A program made the translations under genes and the position numbers. Shown here piece after piece: positions 30,676-39,589 of a stretch of 64,000 nucleotides of DNA. A model generated the notes under the pieces. That model had not been told where the DNA came from. It saw nothing but the letters and a program-made list of their open reading frames with translations, and ran no database searches. Source of the stretch: a virus; IMG/VR virus record IMGVR_UViG_3300025687_007517, positions 8,511-72,510 of that record; one strand, written 5' to 3'. The stretch's first letter is position 1. Every line of letters starts with the position of its first letter.

Positions 30676-31543
30676 ATCCCACCCCAGTTAAACCGTAGCC
30701 ATTTCCATTATAAAGCATATATTTTTTATTGTTGTGCTTAAATACGCAAGGATAGGCAACCATTTCAGAATCCCACCCTTCTATAGAGACGCCTAGAACT
30801 TCTTTTTTATCGCGTAACCAAAGTTTACCATCTTCTGATGTTGCCCTTCCGATTCTGTAAGTTTTTTCTGGGTCTTTGTATGAAAAGAACATTTCATATC
30901 CATTAGCTGTCTTTAATACATTCGGTCTCGCTAGAGCGGTTTCCTTTCCCTGCAACTCAATCGCAACGTCGGCGTTTCTTTGCCAATTAATACCATCATC
31001 AGAAACTGCATATTTGATGTTGTATTTTGGAAGGTTCTTATTAATCCACCCTTCGCCAGAAACATACCACATCTTATATTTATTATCGTCAAAAATTACC
31101 CAAGGAGCAGTTAAAATCCCATAAGGCTCTTTGTCTGTTTTTTGAAATAGTGGGGCGCGAGAGTGTCTTTTAATGTCCCCATCCTTTTTTATTGCCAATC
31201 CCATAATTAAGCTCATTCTATACGTTGTCGTACCAGAATTCCAGCCTATATAATAAAGTTTATCTTGAAGCATACATGATGGAGTTACACCATTGTCATC
31301 AAAGCAACCTCGTTCACCAATTGAAAAGACTGGTTCTGTAGAATATGATATAACTTTAATATTGTCGCCATCTATGGCAATTTCACTGGCACCAATGTGT
31401 GAAACATTGTTCTCATCGCGCCCAGAGTAATAAACGATATATTTGTTGTCTTCAACGTGTCTAACTGTCGGCAACATTGCATGAGTTTTCATCCACCATA
31501 AATTATTCTGCGGACTTATAATCACACCCTTCTTTTTCCACAT
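30659..31543 (-). CDS. Five-bladed beta-propeller glycoside hydrolase-like protein (GH32/43/130 fold)
   Basis: FDDNGVTPS, YKMWYVSG, SDDGINW, SEDGKLW Asp-boxes, WDSEMVAYP, YMLYNGNGYG. Confidence 0.8.
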   Translation of the reverse strand: MWKKKGVIISPQNNLWWMKTHAMLPTVRHVEDNKYIVYYSGRDENNVSHIGASEIAIDGDNIKVISYSTEPVFSIGERGCFDDNGVTPSCMLQDKLYYIGWNSGTTTYRMSLIMGLAIKKDGDIKRHSRAPLFQKTDKEPYGILTAPWVIFDDNKYKMWYVSGEGWINKNLPKYNIKYAVSDDGINWQRNADVAIELQGKETALARPNVLKTANGYEMFFSYKDPEKTYRIGRATSEDGKLWLRDKKEVLGVSIEGWDSEMVAYPCVFKHNNKKYMLYNGNGYGLTGVGYAVEE

Positions 31544-31545
31544 AA

Positions 31546-32241
31546 CTACTCCGTTGTCTTTTTAAAATAAGAAGCCATGATTTTTTTATTTAAATCACTT
31601 TTTTTGTCAAAAATGCTGCTTTTGCTCGCAAGAATTGCATCCCCATCATTCAAATTTTTTGTTACACCAGCGGACATTCCTACAAAACAATCATCTCCGA
31701 TATTGACAAAATCAGCCACTGTTGAATTTACTCCTAAAAAACACCTCTGACCTATTTTAACATGTCCAGAAATACAAACGTGGCTACTGATGTAGGTGTG
31801 ATCTGATATTGAACAATTGTGACCAAGGTGGTTTCCACTCCAAATCATAACATTGTTTCCTATAGAAACTGTTGGTTGTATAGTTTGGTTTTCCAAAACA
31901 AAGCAATTATCGCCAATGTTAAGATCACTCCACACAACTGATTTTGAGCAGACATAACTGACTAGTTCATACCCCATGTTTTTCATGAAGAAATATTTTT
32001 CTTCACGAATTTTGTTCAACTTTCTGTATGAAAGCGCAACGTGTGCTTTATAGAGATTAGGAGGGTATTTTTTACTTACTTCTGTTGCGGCAACCAATGG
32101 AAGTCCTAAAAAACTATCACTATTAACATATTGTTCATCTGCTGTAAAAGCAACAACCTCATATTGACTATCATGTGTAAAATAATAGCACGCCAATTCT
32201 GCATACTCTCCAGTACCAAAAATTATAATTTTATTTTTCAT
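31546..32241 (-). CDS. NeuD/PglD-family sugar acetyltransferase (hexapeptide repeats)
   Basis: IFGTG N-terminal Rossmann motif; IGDNCF/IGNNVM/IGQRCF/IGDDCF hexapeptides; catalytic GH. Confidence 0.88.
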   Translation of the reverse strand: MKNKIIIFGTGEYAELACYYFTHDSQYEVVAFTADEQYVNSDSFLGLPLVAATEVSKKYPPNLYKAHVALSYRKLNKIREEKYFFMKNMGYELVSYVCSKSVVWSDLNIGDNCFVLENQTIQPTVSIGNNVMIWSGNHLGHNCSISDHTYISSHVCISGHVKIGQRCFLGVNSTVADFVNIGDDCFVGMSAGVTKNLNDGDAILASKSSIFDKKSDLNKKIMASYFKKTTE

Positions 32242-32926
32242 TTAAAAAATATTCCTTATTTTTGTACAACACTTCAGCAATTTTGAATTGCCACTCATAA
32301 TCAATATCAAATGTTTCTTTTTCGTGAACAACAAACAACTCAGGATCGTTTTTTACAAAGTTCCCTAGATAAATTCCTTGTTCAATTCTGCTCATTTTTC
32401 CAGCATAGAGGCAATGTGCGGCTTCATAACATGTTTCTACCAATTTTGTATCCATTGTACCGGGATATTTTGTTTTTAAAACACCATCTGTGTTCCAATA
32501 AAAATTCTTTTTTTCATGAACAGCAAACAAACTATCATTTTCTGAATTTAGAAAATGGTTGACAAATGAATCAATAGTTTCAATAGTTAAAATTGGACAA
32601 CACGCATTAATAATAATATAATATTTCCGATCTAACTTATTGTACCATTCTGAAACGACCCTAGTATCTTTACTTTCTCCTACAGATTTTTCAGATCTAT
32701 GATAGATGTTGATATCGTATTTTTTAGCTATTTCTTTTAGTTCTTGGTCATAAAGAGAGACATAAAAGCTATCTTTGGGGATCACCTTGGAAGAAAGAAT
32801 TTTTTCAATTGCAATTTCAAATAGGTTTTTGTTAGCAAACTCTTTAAGCATTTTATTTGGTATTCTTGTTGAGTTGGCTCTTGCTTGCACTATTATTGCT
32901 AAATCTTTAATTTTCTTTTGTGCCAT
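32231..32926 (-). CDS. neuA: CMP-nonulosonic acid synthetase (NeuA/PseF-like cytidylyltransferase), copy 2
   Basis: QARANSTRIPNKML and C-terminal DIDYEWQF; start set at ATG 32926. Confidence 0.85.
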   Translation of the reverse strand: MAQKKIKDLAIIVQARANSTRIPNKMLKEFANKNLFEIAIEKILSSKVIPKDSFYVSLYDQELKEIAKKYDINIYHRSEKSVGESKDTRVVSEWYNKLDRKYYIIINACCPILTIETIDSFVNHFLNSENDSLFAVHEKKNFYWNTDGVLKTKYPGTMDTKLVETCYEAAHCLYAGKMSRIEQGIYLGNFVKNDPELFVVHEKETFDIDYEWQFKIAEVLYKNKEYFLNEK

Positions 32927-33104
32927 TATTCGCCAACCTATCACTTAATTGTTGAATTTTTCTATCGCATTCTTTTATTTCTGAGAATAAAGATCTTGCT
33001 CTTTCTGGTGCTAATTCAAAACACATTCTTACAACGTCCATCCAATTAACATTATTTCTTGCACGAATTTCTTGTATTTCGTCAATGATTTGTTCATCTG
33101 TCAA
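32907..33104 (-). CDS. Small hypothetical protein
   Basis: 65-aa ORF IIDEIQEIRARNNVNWMD, overlapping both neighbours. Confidence 0.65.
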   Translation of the reverse strand: MTDEQIIDEIQEIRARNNVNWMDVVRMCFELAPERARSLFSEIKECDRKIQQLSDRLANNGTKEN

Positions 33105-34116
33105 TTTTTACTCCTTTTGTTAAATTATCAAACTTTAAAAACTCGTCTTCCGCAAGATCATCATTAAAGACATAGCCAGAATCAGATATTTTAAAAAAAT
33201 CAGATGCTGGTATGTTATTTTCATAAAATGGTCTTTTGGTTGTTAAATTCTCTTTGGAAGCTAGTTCCCCTTTTTTTACACTTCTTTTTAAAACAATGGA
33301 CCTTCTACCTTGAAAAGAATTTTCTTTTTCACTGTCTGTAAACATGTTTTTAATTCCTTTTGAGTTTTCTGCCAATCTGATTAGTTCGGTCATTTTCTTT
33401 AATTCATCAGGTTCTAATGCAAAAGAATGATCAGGTCCATTCATTTTTTTAGATAATGTAAAATGCTTTTCTATACATTCTGCTCCGCGCATTACAGCAA
33501 AAGAAGGAGTTACATATGATAAAGTGTGGTCGGAAAGTCCAACTTTAATGTCATACCTTTCTTTTATTGCATCTATTGTGTTCAAGTTAATTTCTTCTTG
33601 CGGGGTTGGATAAGCACTATTGCAATGTAATATTGTGATATCTTCACACCCAACACTATAACAAGTCGTCAATATTTTTTCTATAAATTCTAATCCACAC
33701 CCAAGACCTGCGGAAACAATCAATGGTAGTTTTGTTGATGCTGCATAATTAATAAACCTCAAATCAGTGCTTTCAAAACCAGAAATTTTTATTCTCTTAA
33801 CACCGATATCATACAAAAAATCAACTGCTTGCTCATCAAAAGGTGTGCACATAAACTCTATATTTTGATCCGAACAATAGCTTTTCAGGTCTTTGAGCCA
33901 TTGGTTTGTTACCTCTAGAGGTTTAAAAAGTTTAAACACGTTAAACCCATTTACATTATGACTTTTGGTACTAAAAAGTTTTTGTGCCTTAAAAGACTGA
34001 AATTTCACTGCATCGGCACCACAATCTTTGGCGACATTTACTAGTTTTTTAGCGATATCAAAATCACCATTGTGGTTTGAGCCAGCCTCTGCTATTACAA
34101 ATGTATTGTTTTTCAT
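33094..34116 (-). CDS. neuB: Nonulosonic acid synthase (NeuB/PseI/LegI family) with C-terminal SAF domain
   Basis: IAEAGSNHNGD, DAVKFQ, TPFD, LHCNSAYP, GLSDHT, IEKHFTL, GPDH.FALEP, RRS...SAF. Confidence 0.93.
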   Translation of the reverse strand: MKNNTFVIAEAGSNHNGDFDIAKKLVNVAKDCGADAVKFQSFKAQKLFSTKSHNVNGFNVFKLFKPLEVTNQWLKDLKSYCSDQNIEFMCTPFDEQAVDFLYDIGVKRIKISGFESTDLRFINYAASTKLPLIVSAGLGCGLEFIEKILTTCYSVGCEDITILHCNSAYPTPQEEINLNTIDAIKERYDIKVGLSDHTLSYVTPSFAVMRGAECIEKHFTLSKKMNGPDHSFALEPDELKKMTELIRLAENSKGIKNMFTDSEKENSFQGRRSIVLKRSVKKGELASKENLTTKRPFYENNIPASDFFKISDSGYVFNDDLAEDEFLKFDNLTKGVKIDR

Positions 34117-34136
34117 ACAATAATTTTATCACACAA

Positions 34137-35099
34137 CTAAAACATTGTTAACTTGTGTAATGGCAGGTTCAGAATCTTGTGATGTATTTTTTCAAGAAAC
34201 GGAAGAACCTGTGAGGATTTGTAGTACCTCATCTTATGAAGCATAGGATAGTGTCTAGATAGCCCCATAATCTCAATCGTTTTATTGGCGTCTTCACACA
34301 AAGTTGTAGCAAAATAATAAGAAGATTTGTTGTCGTGTGGTAACAGTGTTTTAGAAGAAGCAAGTTTTTCATAGTTTAATTTTCTTTGCAACAACAGGTG
34401 TTCATATCTTTTTATCTGAGTCAGACCAATTGTAGCATTTAGATTATTCATGTAGAATTTAAATCCATCAACAGATATATTGTATGAATTGCCCTGCTGT
34501 TCTCTCCCAAAGTTTCTATACCGCAAAAAATAGTCGTTTGCGCGGGAGTCGTCGGTAGAAATCATACCACCGTCTGATGTACATATCGGCTTATATGGAT
34601 GAAACGAGAAGAAAACAAAGTTACAATTAATAGTGGGAGTCACGCAATGAGCGCTGTCAACGACCACAATTTCGTCTCCCACAAGGTCAAAGTCGAGAAT
34701 TTTACTGACGCCGCCGTACAACACCGGCATGACCACAACCTTATTTTTTGTGGGCTTTCGTATTTTTTTATAATGTTTTGAACAGAACTGCAAATTTTCC
34801 TGTACATCTACAAAATAAAGATTGTGACCAAAATGTTTAGCTGCCCATGCAGGAGATGTGAAACCCAAAGAAGTTGTGTAAACATCGCATATACCATGTG
34901 TGTCGCGTAGATAAGAATATATCATAAAAGCGGCGGCTGATGCTGAATTTGTTGATGCATTGTACTTTTTGTTTGAAAAATTAGAGAAATGGTTTTCAAA
35001 TAAACGAACGTTTTCTCCAAAGCCCAACTCTCCAGAAGATATAACTTTTGTTATCTGATTGATATCAGCATCGTTTATTTTAGTTTCAAACAGTTTCAC
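34137..35099 (-). CDS. DegT/DnrJ/EryC1/StrS PLP aminotransferase (PseC-like)
   Basis: VDSAH and FSFHPYKPICTSDGGM (PLP lysine); probable GTG start at 35099 overlapping upstream stop. Confidence 0.88.
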   Translation of the reverse strand: MKLFETKINDADINQITKVISSGELGFGENVRLFENHFSNFSNKKYNASTNSASAAAFMIYSYLRDTHGICDVYTTSLGFTSPAWAAKHFGHNLYFVDVQENLQFCSKHYKKIRKPTKNKVVVMPVLYGGVSKILDFDLVGDEIVVVDSAHCVTPTINCNFVFFSFHPYKPICTSDGGMISTDDSRANDYFLRYRNFGREQQGNSYNISVDGFKFYMNNLNATIGLTQIKRYEHLLLQRKLNYEKLASSKTLLPHDNKSSYYFATTLCEDANKTIEIMGLSRHYPMLHKMRYYKSSQVLPFLEKIHHKILNLPLHKLTMF

Positions 35100-36082
35100 G
35101 AGCAAACCAAACCTTTGTTTATTAAACAAATCAACTTTTCTTTATCACACTGAACCCATAAAGATGAGTTGAATTCTTGACCATTATATTTGTTGAATTC
35201 TTGATAACTCTTTGAGGTGTATTGTGGTCTAACTTGAAGGAGGTTTGTCCCTGCAACTTCATAAGTAAATGGCAGTTCGGTCTTTGCCAACATGTCCTCG
35301 TGCAGCTTTTCTCCCGGTCTAATACCACTGATCTTGGTTTTCACGTTCGTGTTTAAAATTTCCGCAACAGCTTCGACGCATTGAGGTAACGTATAAGAAT
35401 CGATTTTTGGGATAAACACCTCTCCCCCAATTGCATTTTCTAGAGAGCTAAGAACGGTGTCAACTGCATCCTCAAGAGTAAACAAAAAGCGTGTCATTTC
35501 TGTTGAAGTCACATTAACGGTTTGACCTTTTTTAATTGCTGATATCCATAGGGGAATAAACGAACCACGAGACGCAATAACGTTTCCATATCTTACAGAT
35601 GCGAAGACAGTGTAATTTGAATTATAGTCGTAATTCGTAAAAATCCTTTCTGCAATAAACTTTGACGAACCATAAACATTTACAGGTTGACAAGCCTTAT
35701 CTGTTGATATAAGGACACACTTGCTCACGCCTGCGTGTAAAGAGGAAATTGCAACATTTTCAGAGCCAACAATGTTTGTTTTTACACACTCATCTGGGTA
35801 CATCTCCATATCGTCAACTCTCTTGAGTGCTGCTGTATGAATTACATAGTCTGGTTTATGGAGCATCATAGATGTTTTTAGTTTTTCTAAATCTCTTACA
35901 TCTCCAATAACCCTTTTTACTTCTTTGTCTGCACCGAAATACAGTGCCTGTTTACCCTCATCTCGACTATAGATAATAATTTTACAACCAAGACTCTTCA
36001 ATCTCTTAATTAGCGCACGCCCAAGAGAACCTGTTCCACCAGTGATAAAAATTTTCTTATTGTTATAAAATTTGTTATTCAT
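35096..36082 (-). CDS. pseB: UDP-GlcNAc 4,6-dehydratase (PseB/FlaA1/CapE family)
   Basis: ITGGTGSLG, YSRDE.KQ, STDKA, YGSSK, RYGNVIASRGS, MTRF, GIRPGEKLHE. Confidence 0.85.
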   Translation of the reverse strand: MNNKFYNNKKIFITGGTGSLGRALIKRLKSLGCKIIIYSRDEGKQALYFGADKEVKRVIGDVRDLEKLKTSMMLHKPDYVIHTAALKRVDDMEMYPDECVKTNIVGSENVAISSLHAGVSKCVLISTDKACQPVNVYGSSKFIAERIFTNYDYNSNYTVFASVRYGNVIASRGSFIPLWISAIKKGQTVNVTSTEMTRFLFTLEDAVDTVLSSLENAIGGEVFIPKIDSYTLPQCVEAVAEILNTNVKTKISGIRPGEKLHEDMLAKTELPFTYEVAGTNLLQVRPQYTSKSYQEFNKYNGQEFNSSLWVQCDKEKLICLINKGLVCS

Positions 36083-36759
36083 TTATTCCTCATTTTATAA
36101 AGGCTTTCACACATATTAAACTGCCACTCATAATCAATGTCCAGACTCTCTCTCTCTGCCATCGACCATAACTCTATATCATTTGGTTTATTAAAATCTC
36201 CCATCCATACGCCCTGACCAACCTTCTCCAAGGAGCCAGCGTAAAGACAGTGTGCCGCCTCTTTAATGATCTTTGCTGTCTTGGTGTTCATAACATCTTC
36301 TTTCAGTGGTGTTAGAATAGTACCGTCTTCATCCCAGAAATAATTCTTTTTGTCCATCACGGCAAACATACCAGCTTTTTCTGACTTGCAGTAATCAAAG
36401 TAAAAATTTTCAATTGTCTCTTTTGTAAGCATTGGAGCGCAAGCGTTTACCATTACAACATACTTATGTGGCAGCTTATCCCACCACTCATACATTTCTG
36501 TCATTGGAGTGCCCTCAGACAACGCAGACTTTTCAGTTCTTTCATAAACATTAAATGGATACTTTGAACATAATTCTTTAAGTTCTGGTTCATAGACAGA
36601 GCACCAAACATTTTCATTTGGGATTTTTGAATCTTGTAATTTTTGCAAAGCAATGTCCATTAGCGTGGTATTTGCAAAAGGACGAATCATCTTTTGTGGG
36701 CATCTTTGAGAAGAAAGCCTTGCTTGAATAATAACTGCAACGTCCTCTACTTTTTTCAT
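36079..36759 (-). CDS. neuA: CMP-nonulosonic acid synthetase (NeuA-like), copy 1
   Basis: QARLSSQRCPQKMIRPF and DIDYEWQF; paralog of 32231..32926. Confidence 0.85.
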   Translation of the reverse strand: MKKVEDVAVIIQARLSSQRCPQKMIRPFANTTLMDIALQKLQDSKIPNENVWCSVYEPELKELCSKYPFNVYERTEKSALSEGTPMTEMYEWWDKLPHKYVVMVNACAPMLTKETIENFYFDYCKSEKAGMFAVMDKKNYFWDEDGTILTPLKEDVMNTKTAKIIKEAAHCLYAGSLEKVGQGVWMGDFNKPNDIELWSMAERESLDIDYEWQFNMCESLYKMRNK

Positions 36760-36761
36760 TT

Positions 36762-37598
36762 TTATCCTCTCAGTTTTTTACGAAATGGAAGTTCCGTATC
36801 GGTGACTCCAATTGTCCCGTCTCCAAGAGCCTGCTCAAGTTCTCTAACACCCCTTACAAGCTTAATAAGCCCTTGTGGTTCTACAGAAGACAATTGGTCT
36901 GTTCCCCACATTGTTCTATCAAGAGTGATGTGTCGTTCAATAATCTCTGCGCCCAACATAACTGTAGCAACAGAAGTGCCAAGACGGAATTCATGTCCAC
37001 TGTAGCCAACCTTGCAGCCATAACGGTCTTTAAGGGTTTTAATGCATGACAAATTTAACTCGTCCACCGGAGCGGGGTAACTGCTGTTGCAATGCAATAA
37101 GGCAAATTCTGTGCCCTCTTCTCTCATCCACTCAACTGCTTTATCAATCTCCTCTACGGTGCTCATACCAGTAGAAACAATTAATTCTTTGTTTCTCTCG
37201 GCAGACCACCTAGAGCTAGCCCTAATCAACTCTTCGTTTGTAAGCATGGCTGAAGGGATTTTAATAAAGGGGATTTCGTAATTTGATAAAAATTCTAAAC
37301 TGTCTAAATCCCATGGAGATGCAGACCACTCAACGCCCTTCTCTTTGCAGTATCTATCAATCTCGTCGTACTCTTCTTTCTCAAACTCTACCTTGTATTT
37401 GTACTCAAGGTAAGTCATCGTGCCCCATGGCGTCTCTCTCATTACATTTTTTTGATGCTCTGGAACACAAACGTCTGGATTTCGCTTTTGAAACTTGACT
37501 GCATCACAGCCAGCTAATGAGGCTACATCGATAAGTCTTTTTGCGTTTTCTAGCGAGCCGTTGTGGTTAATACCAATTTCTGCGATTATGTATGTCAC
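36762..37598 (-). CDS. neuB: Short NeuB-family synthase lacking SAF domain
   Basis: IAEIGINHNG, DAVKFQKR, SPWD, KIPSA, STGM, LHCNSSYP, GYSGHE, ERHITLDR; ends at 278 aa. Confidence 0.92.
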   Translation of the reverse strand: MTYIIAEIGINHNGSLENAKRLIDVASLAGCDAVKFQKRNPDVCVPEHQKNVMRETPWGTMTYLEYKYKVEFEKEEYDEIDRYCKEKGVEWSASPWDLDSLEFLSNYEIPFIKIPSAMLTNEELIRASSRWSAERNKELIVSTGMSTVEEIDKAVEWMREEGTEFALLHCNSSYPAPVDELNLSCIKTLKDRYGCKVGYSGHEFRLGTSVATVMLGAEIIERHITLDRTMWGTDQLSSVEPQGLIKLVRGVRELEQALGDGTIGVTDTELPFRKKLRG

Positions 37599-39589
37599 AA
37601 TTTCTCCCGTGGAATGCCTTCATAAAGGCTACTAATGTCAGATACTATTGTAAGCGAAATTCCATTTTCTTTTAACCAATAAAACATCTCTTTTGTTGCT
37701 GCTCTAGTGGTTTCTATTTCCCAATCAAGAATGTCGCCGCGATTCACAAGACCTTGTGTATTACCGTAAAAGTGCTTGTAATTGTCTTCATTAACTTTAT
37801 TATAAGTCAAATCCCATCCCAATACAACTATTTTTTTAACACCAAGATGAACCGCAGTTTGTATTACAGTTTCATACATTATGCCTGGACCACATGGTCT
37901 TTGGGCTTCCAGCGGGTAATCTTCAAACTTTTTTGTAACAGCTAAAAACTCATTGTCTATTTCTGTTCTTATTGGAATCTTGAAAAATAAGTCGTCATGC
38001 TGTAAAGCTGACCATCTCATACCCTTGTCGTAATTTGAACTTCCTACGACAATTGGGTTTGATTCTTTATAATCGTAATGCACACCCGCGTTAGGGCTTG
38101 GCAGGTTTGAACAATTAAAGAAGTGAAAGTCTACCACTTCTGGACAATACTCGTAGGCTTGCTTAACTGCGAAAACAAGCTTATTAGATAATTTTTCTTT
38201 TAACTGTTCTCTGTTATAGTCCTTCAATGAGGGACCACAGTTTAAGATGTAGCAAGTGTCGCCCTTATAAGAGTTCTTTAAAAGCGATACTTTTTGCTCC
38301 AGACTTTCCATGGAGGAAAGCTTAGATTTCAATCGATTAGTAGTGCTTTTTGGAGAAGAGATAAGCGGTGTAGCTTTCTCAAAACTAAAAGAGTCTGTAA
38401 GGATTCTTTTTATGTTGTCCTTGCCACAATGGTCACTTAGCTTTTTGGAGTTGTTTTTTGCAATTGCAGCTAACTCTTCTCTATTGTCAAACGCATACCT
38501 CATTTTTTCCATCAAGGACAACACGTCAGGCTCATAATAGTTTGAACCACATTCATAGTTTGGAAGTTTATAGCACGGAGCCAAATGGCAACCAAACATC
38601 AATGCGTTTGGCTCTAGGTAATCTGCATGACCACCCTTATCTGGAACAATTACCGGCTTGTTAAACGATGCAGCCTCGGCAATAGTTAGCCCAAATCCTT
38701 CGCCTCTTGTTGCTAGAACAAAACAATCACTAACATCATAGAGATAATTTATTTTTTCCCTTGACAAAACATCTACAAGGACATAAACAGGGCAGGCGGG
38801 TGGTGTGTTTTTTTCATCCGTAAAGACGCCTGCTTTAATTGCTTTTATTTGGTCCGCTATTTGCTTAAACGCTGTTGAACCCTCTTTGCTAGTATTGTCA
38901 ACGTATGTTTTAATCACCAAAGCAACATCTGTCTGGCTCTTAAATTCTGAAAAGTATGCTCTCAACAATGGCTCAAAGCCCTTGCGGTGACCCCATTGAC
39001 TCATTGCAAAAAAAGTAAACTTCCCATCGAGTGAAGGGAGTTTTACAGCCTTCTTGGCTGTATTTTCAACTGGACTGATGTAGTGCGGCAAGAGTTGAGT
39101 TTCGATACCAGTTTTTTTGTAGGATTCACAATTCCAACGCGATGGAACAAAATTAATCTTTGTGTTGTGCTTCTCTAGCACCCCTTTCCAATACGAAGGT
39201 ATTTTGTCTGTTTCCCAAGTGGTAATACTGTGATTCTCGCTACAATTATCAATAAGAGTCTTAAAGAGGCGAAATGACTCCTTAAGTTGTGGAGGCAACC
39301 TATCTAAGTTTTCCATCCATGTCATCACCGGAGGAGGCAAATGCCAAAGAACAGAATAATCACTTTCTTGAATTTTGTCTACTATAGCCTTTGTTTTAAT
39401 CTCGTGCTTTTCAATTAAGTCTAGCACAGAGTCAGGTGCAGAATTTTTTTGTTCAAAATTTATTGACAGGGTAAAAAGATTGTATCCGCTTTCCCTCTCT
39501 AATTCGGCTAGAATTTCCAAATAACCTCGTGCAGCGGAGGCATAACCCGAAGCATCTCGAAATTGCCCAACAAATACTAAATTTTTCAT
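37595..39589 (-). CDS. GT4-type glycosyltransferase fused to a C-terminal Maf/GT42-like domain
   Basis: SGYASAAR, TTWETD, RKG, RGEGFGLTIAEA (GT-B EX7E); then ILNCGPSL...LGVKKIVVLGWD...HFY. Confidence 0.8.
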   Translation of the reverse strand: MKNLVFVGQFRDASGYASAARGYLEILAELERESGYNLFTLSINFEQKNSAPDSVLDLIEKHEIKTKAIVDKIQESDYSVLWHLPPPVMTWMENLDRLPPQLKESFRLFKTLIDNCSENHSITTWETDKIPSYWKGVLEKHNTKINFVPSRWNCESYKKTGIETQLLPHYISPVENTAKKAVKLPSLDGKFTFFAMSQWGHRKGFEPLLRAYFSEFKSQTDVALVIKTYVDNTSKEGSTAFKQIADQIKAIKAGVFTDEKNTPPACPVYVLVDVLSREKINYLYDVSDCFVLATRGEGFGLTIAEAASFNKPVIVPDKGGHADYLEPNALMFGCHLAPCYKLPNYECGSNYYEPDVLSLMEKMRYAFDNREELAAIAKNNSKKLSDHCGKDNIKRILTDSFSFEKATPLISSPKSTTNRLKSKLSSMESLEQKVSLLKNSYKGDTCYILNCGPSLKDYNREQLKEKLSNKLVFAVKQAYEYCPEVVDFHFFNCSNLPSPNAGVHYDYKESNPIVVGSSNYDKGMRWSALQHDDLFFKIPIRTEIDNEFLAVTKKFEDYPLEAQRPCGPGIMYETVIQTAVHLGVKKIVVLGWDLTYNKVNEDNYKHFYGNTQGLVNRGDILDWEIETTRAATKEMFYWLKENGISLTIVSDISSLYEGIPREKL

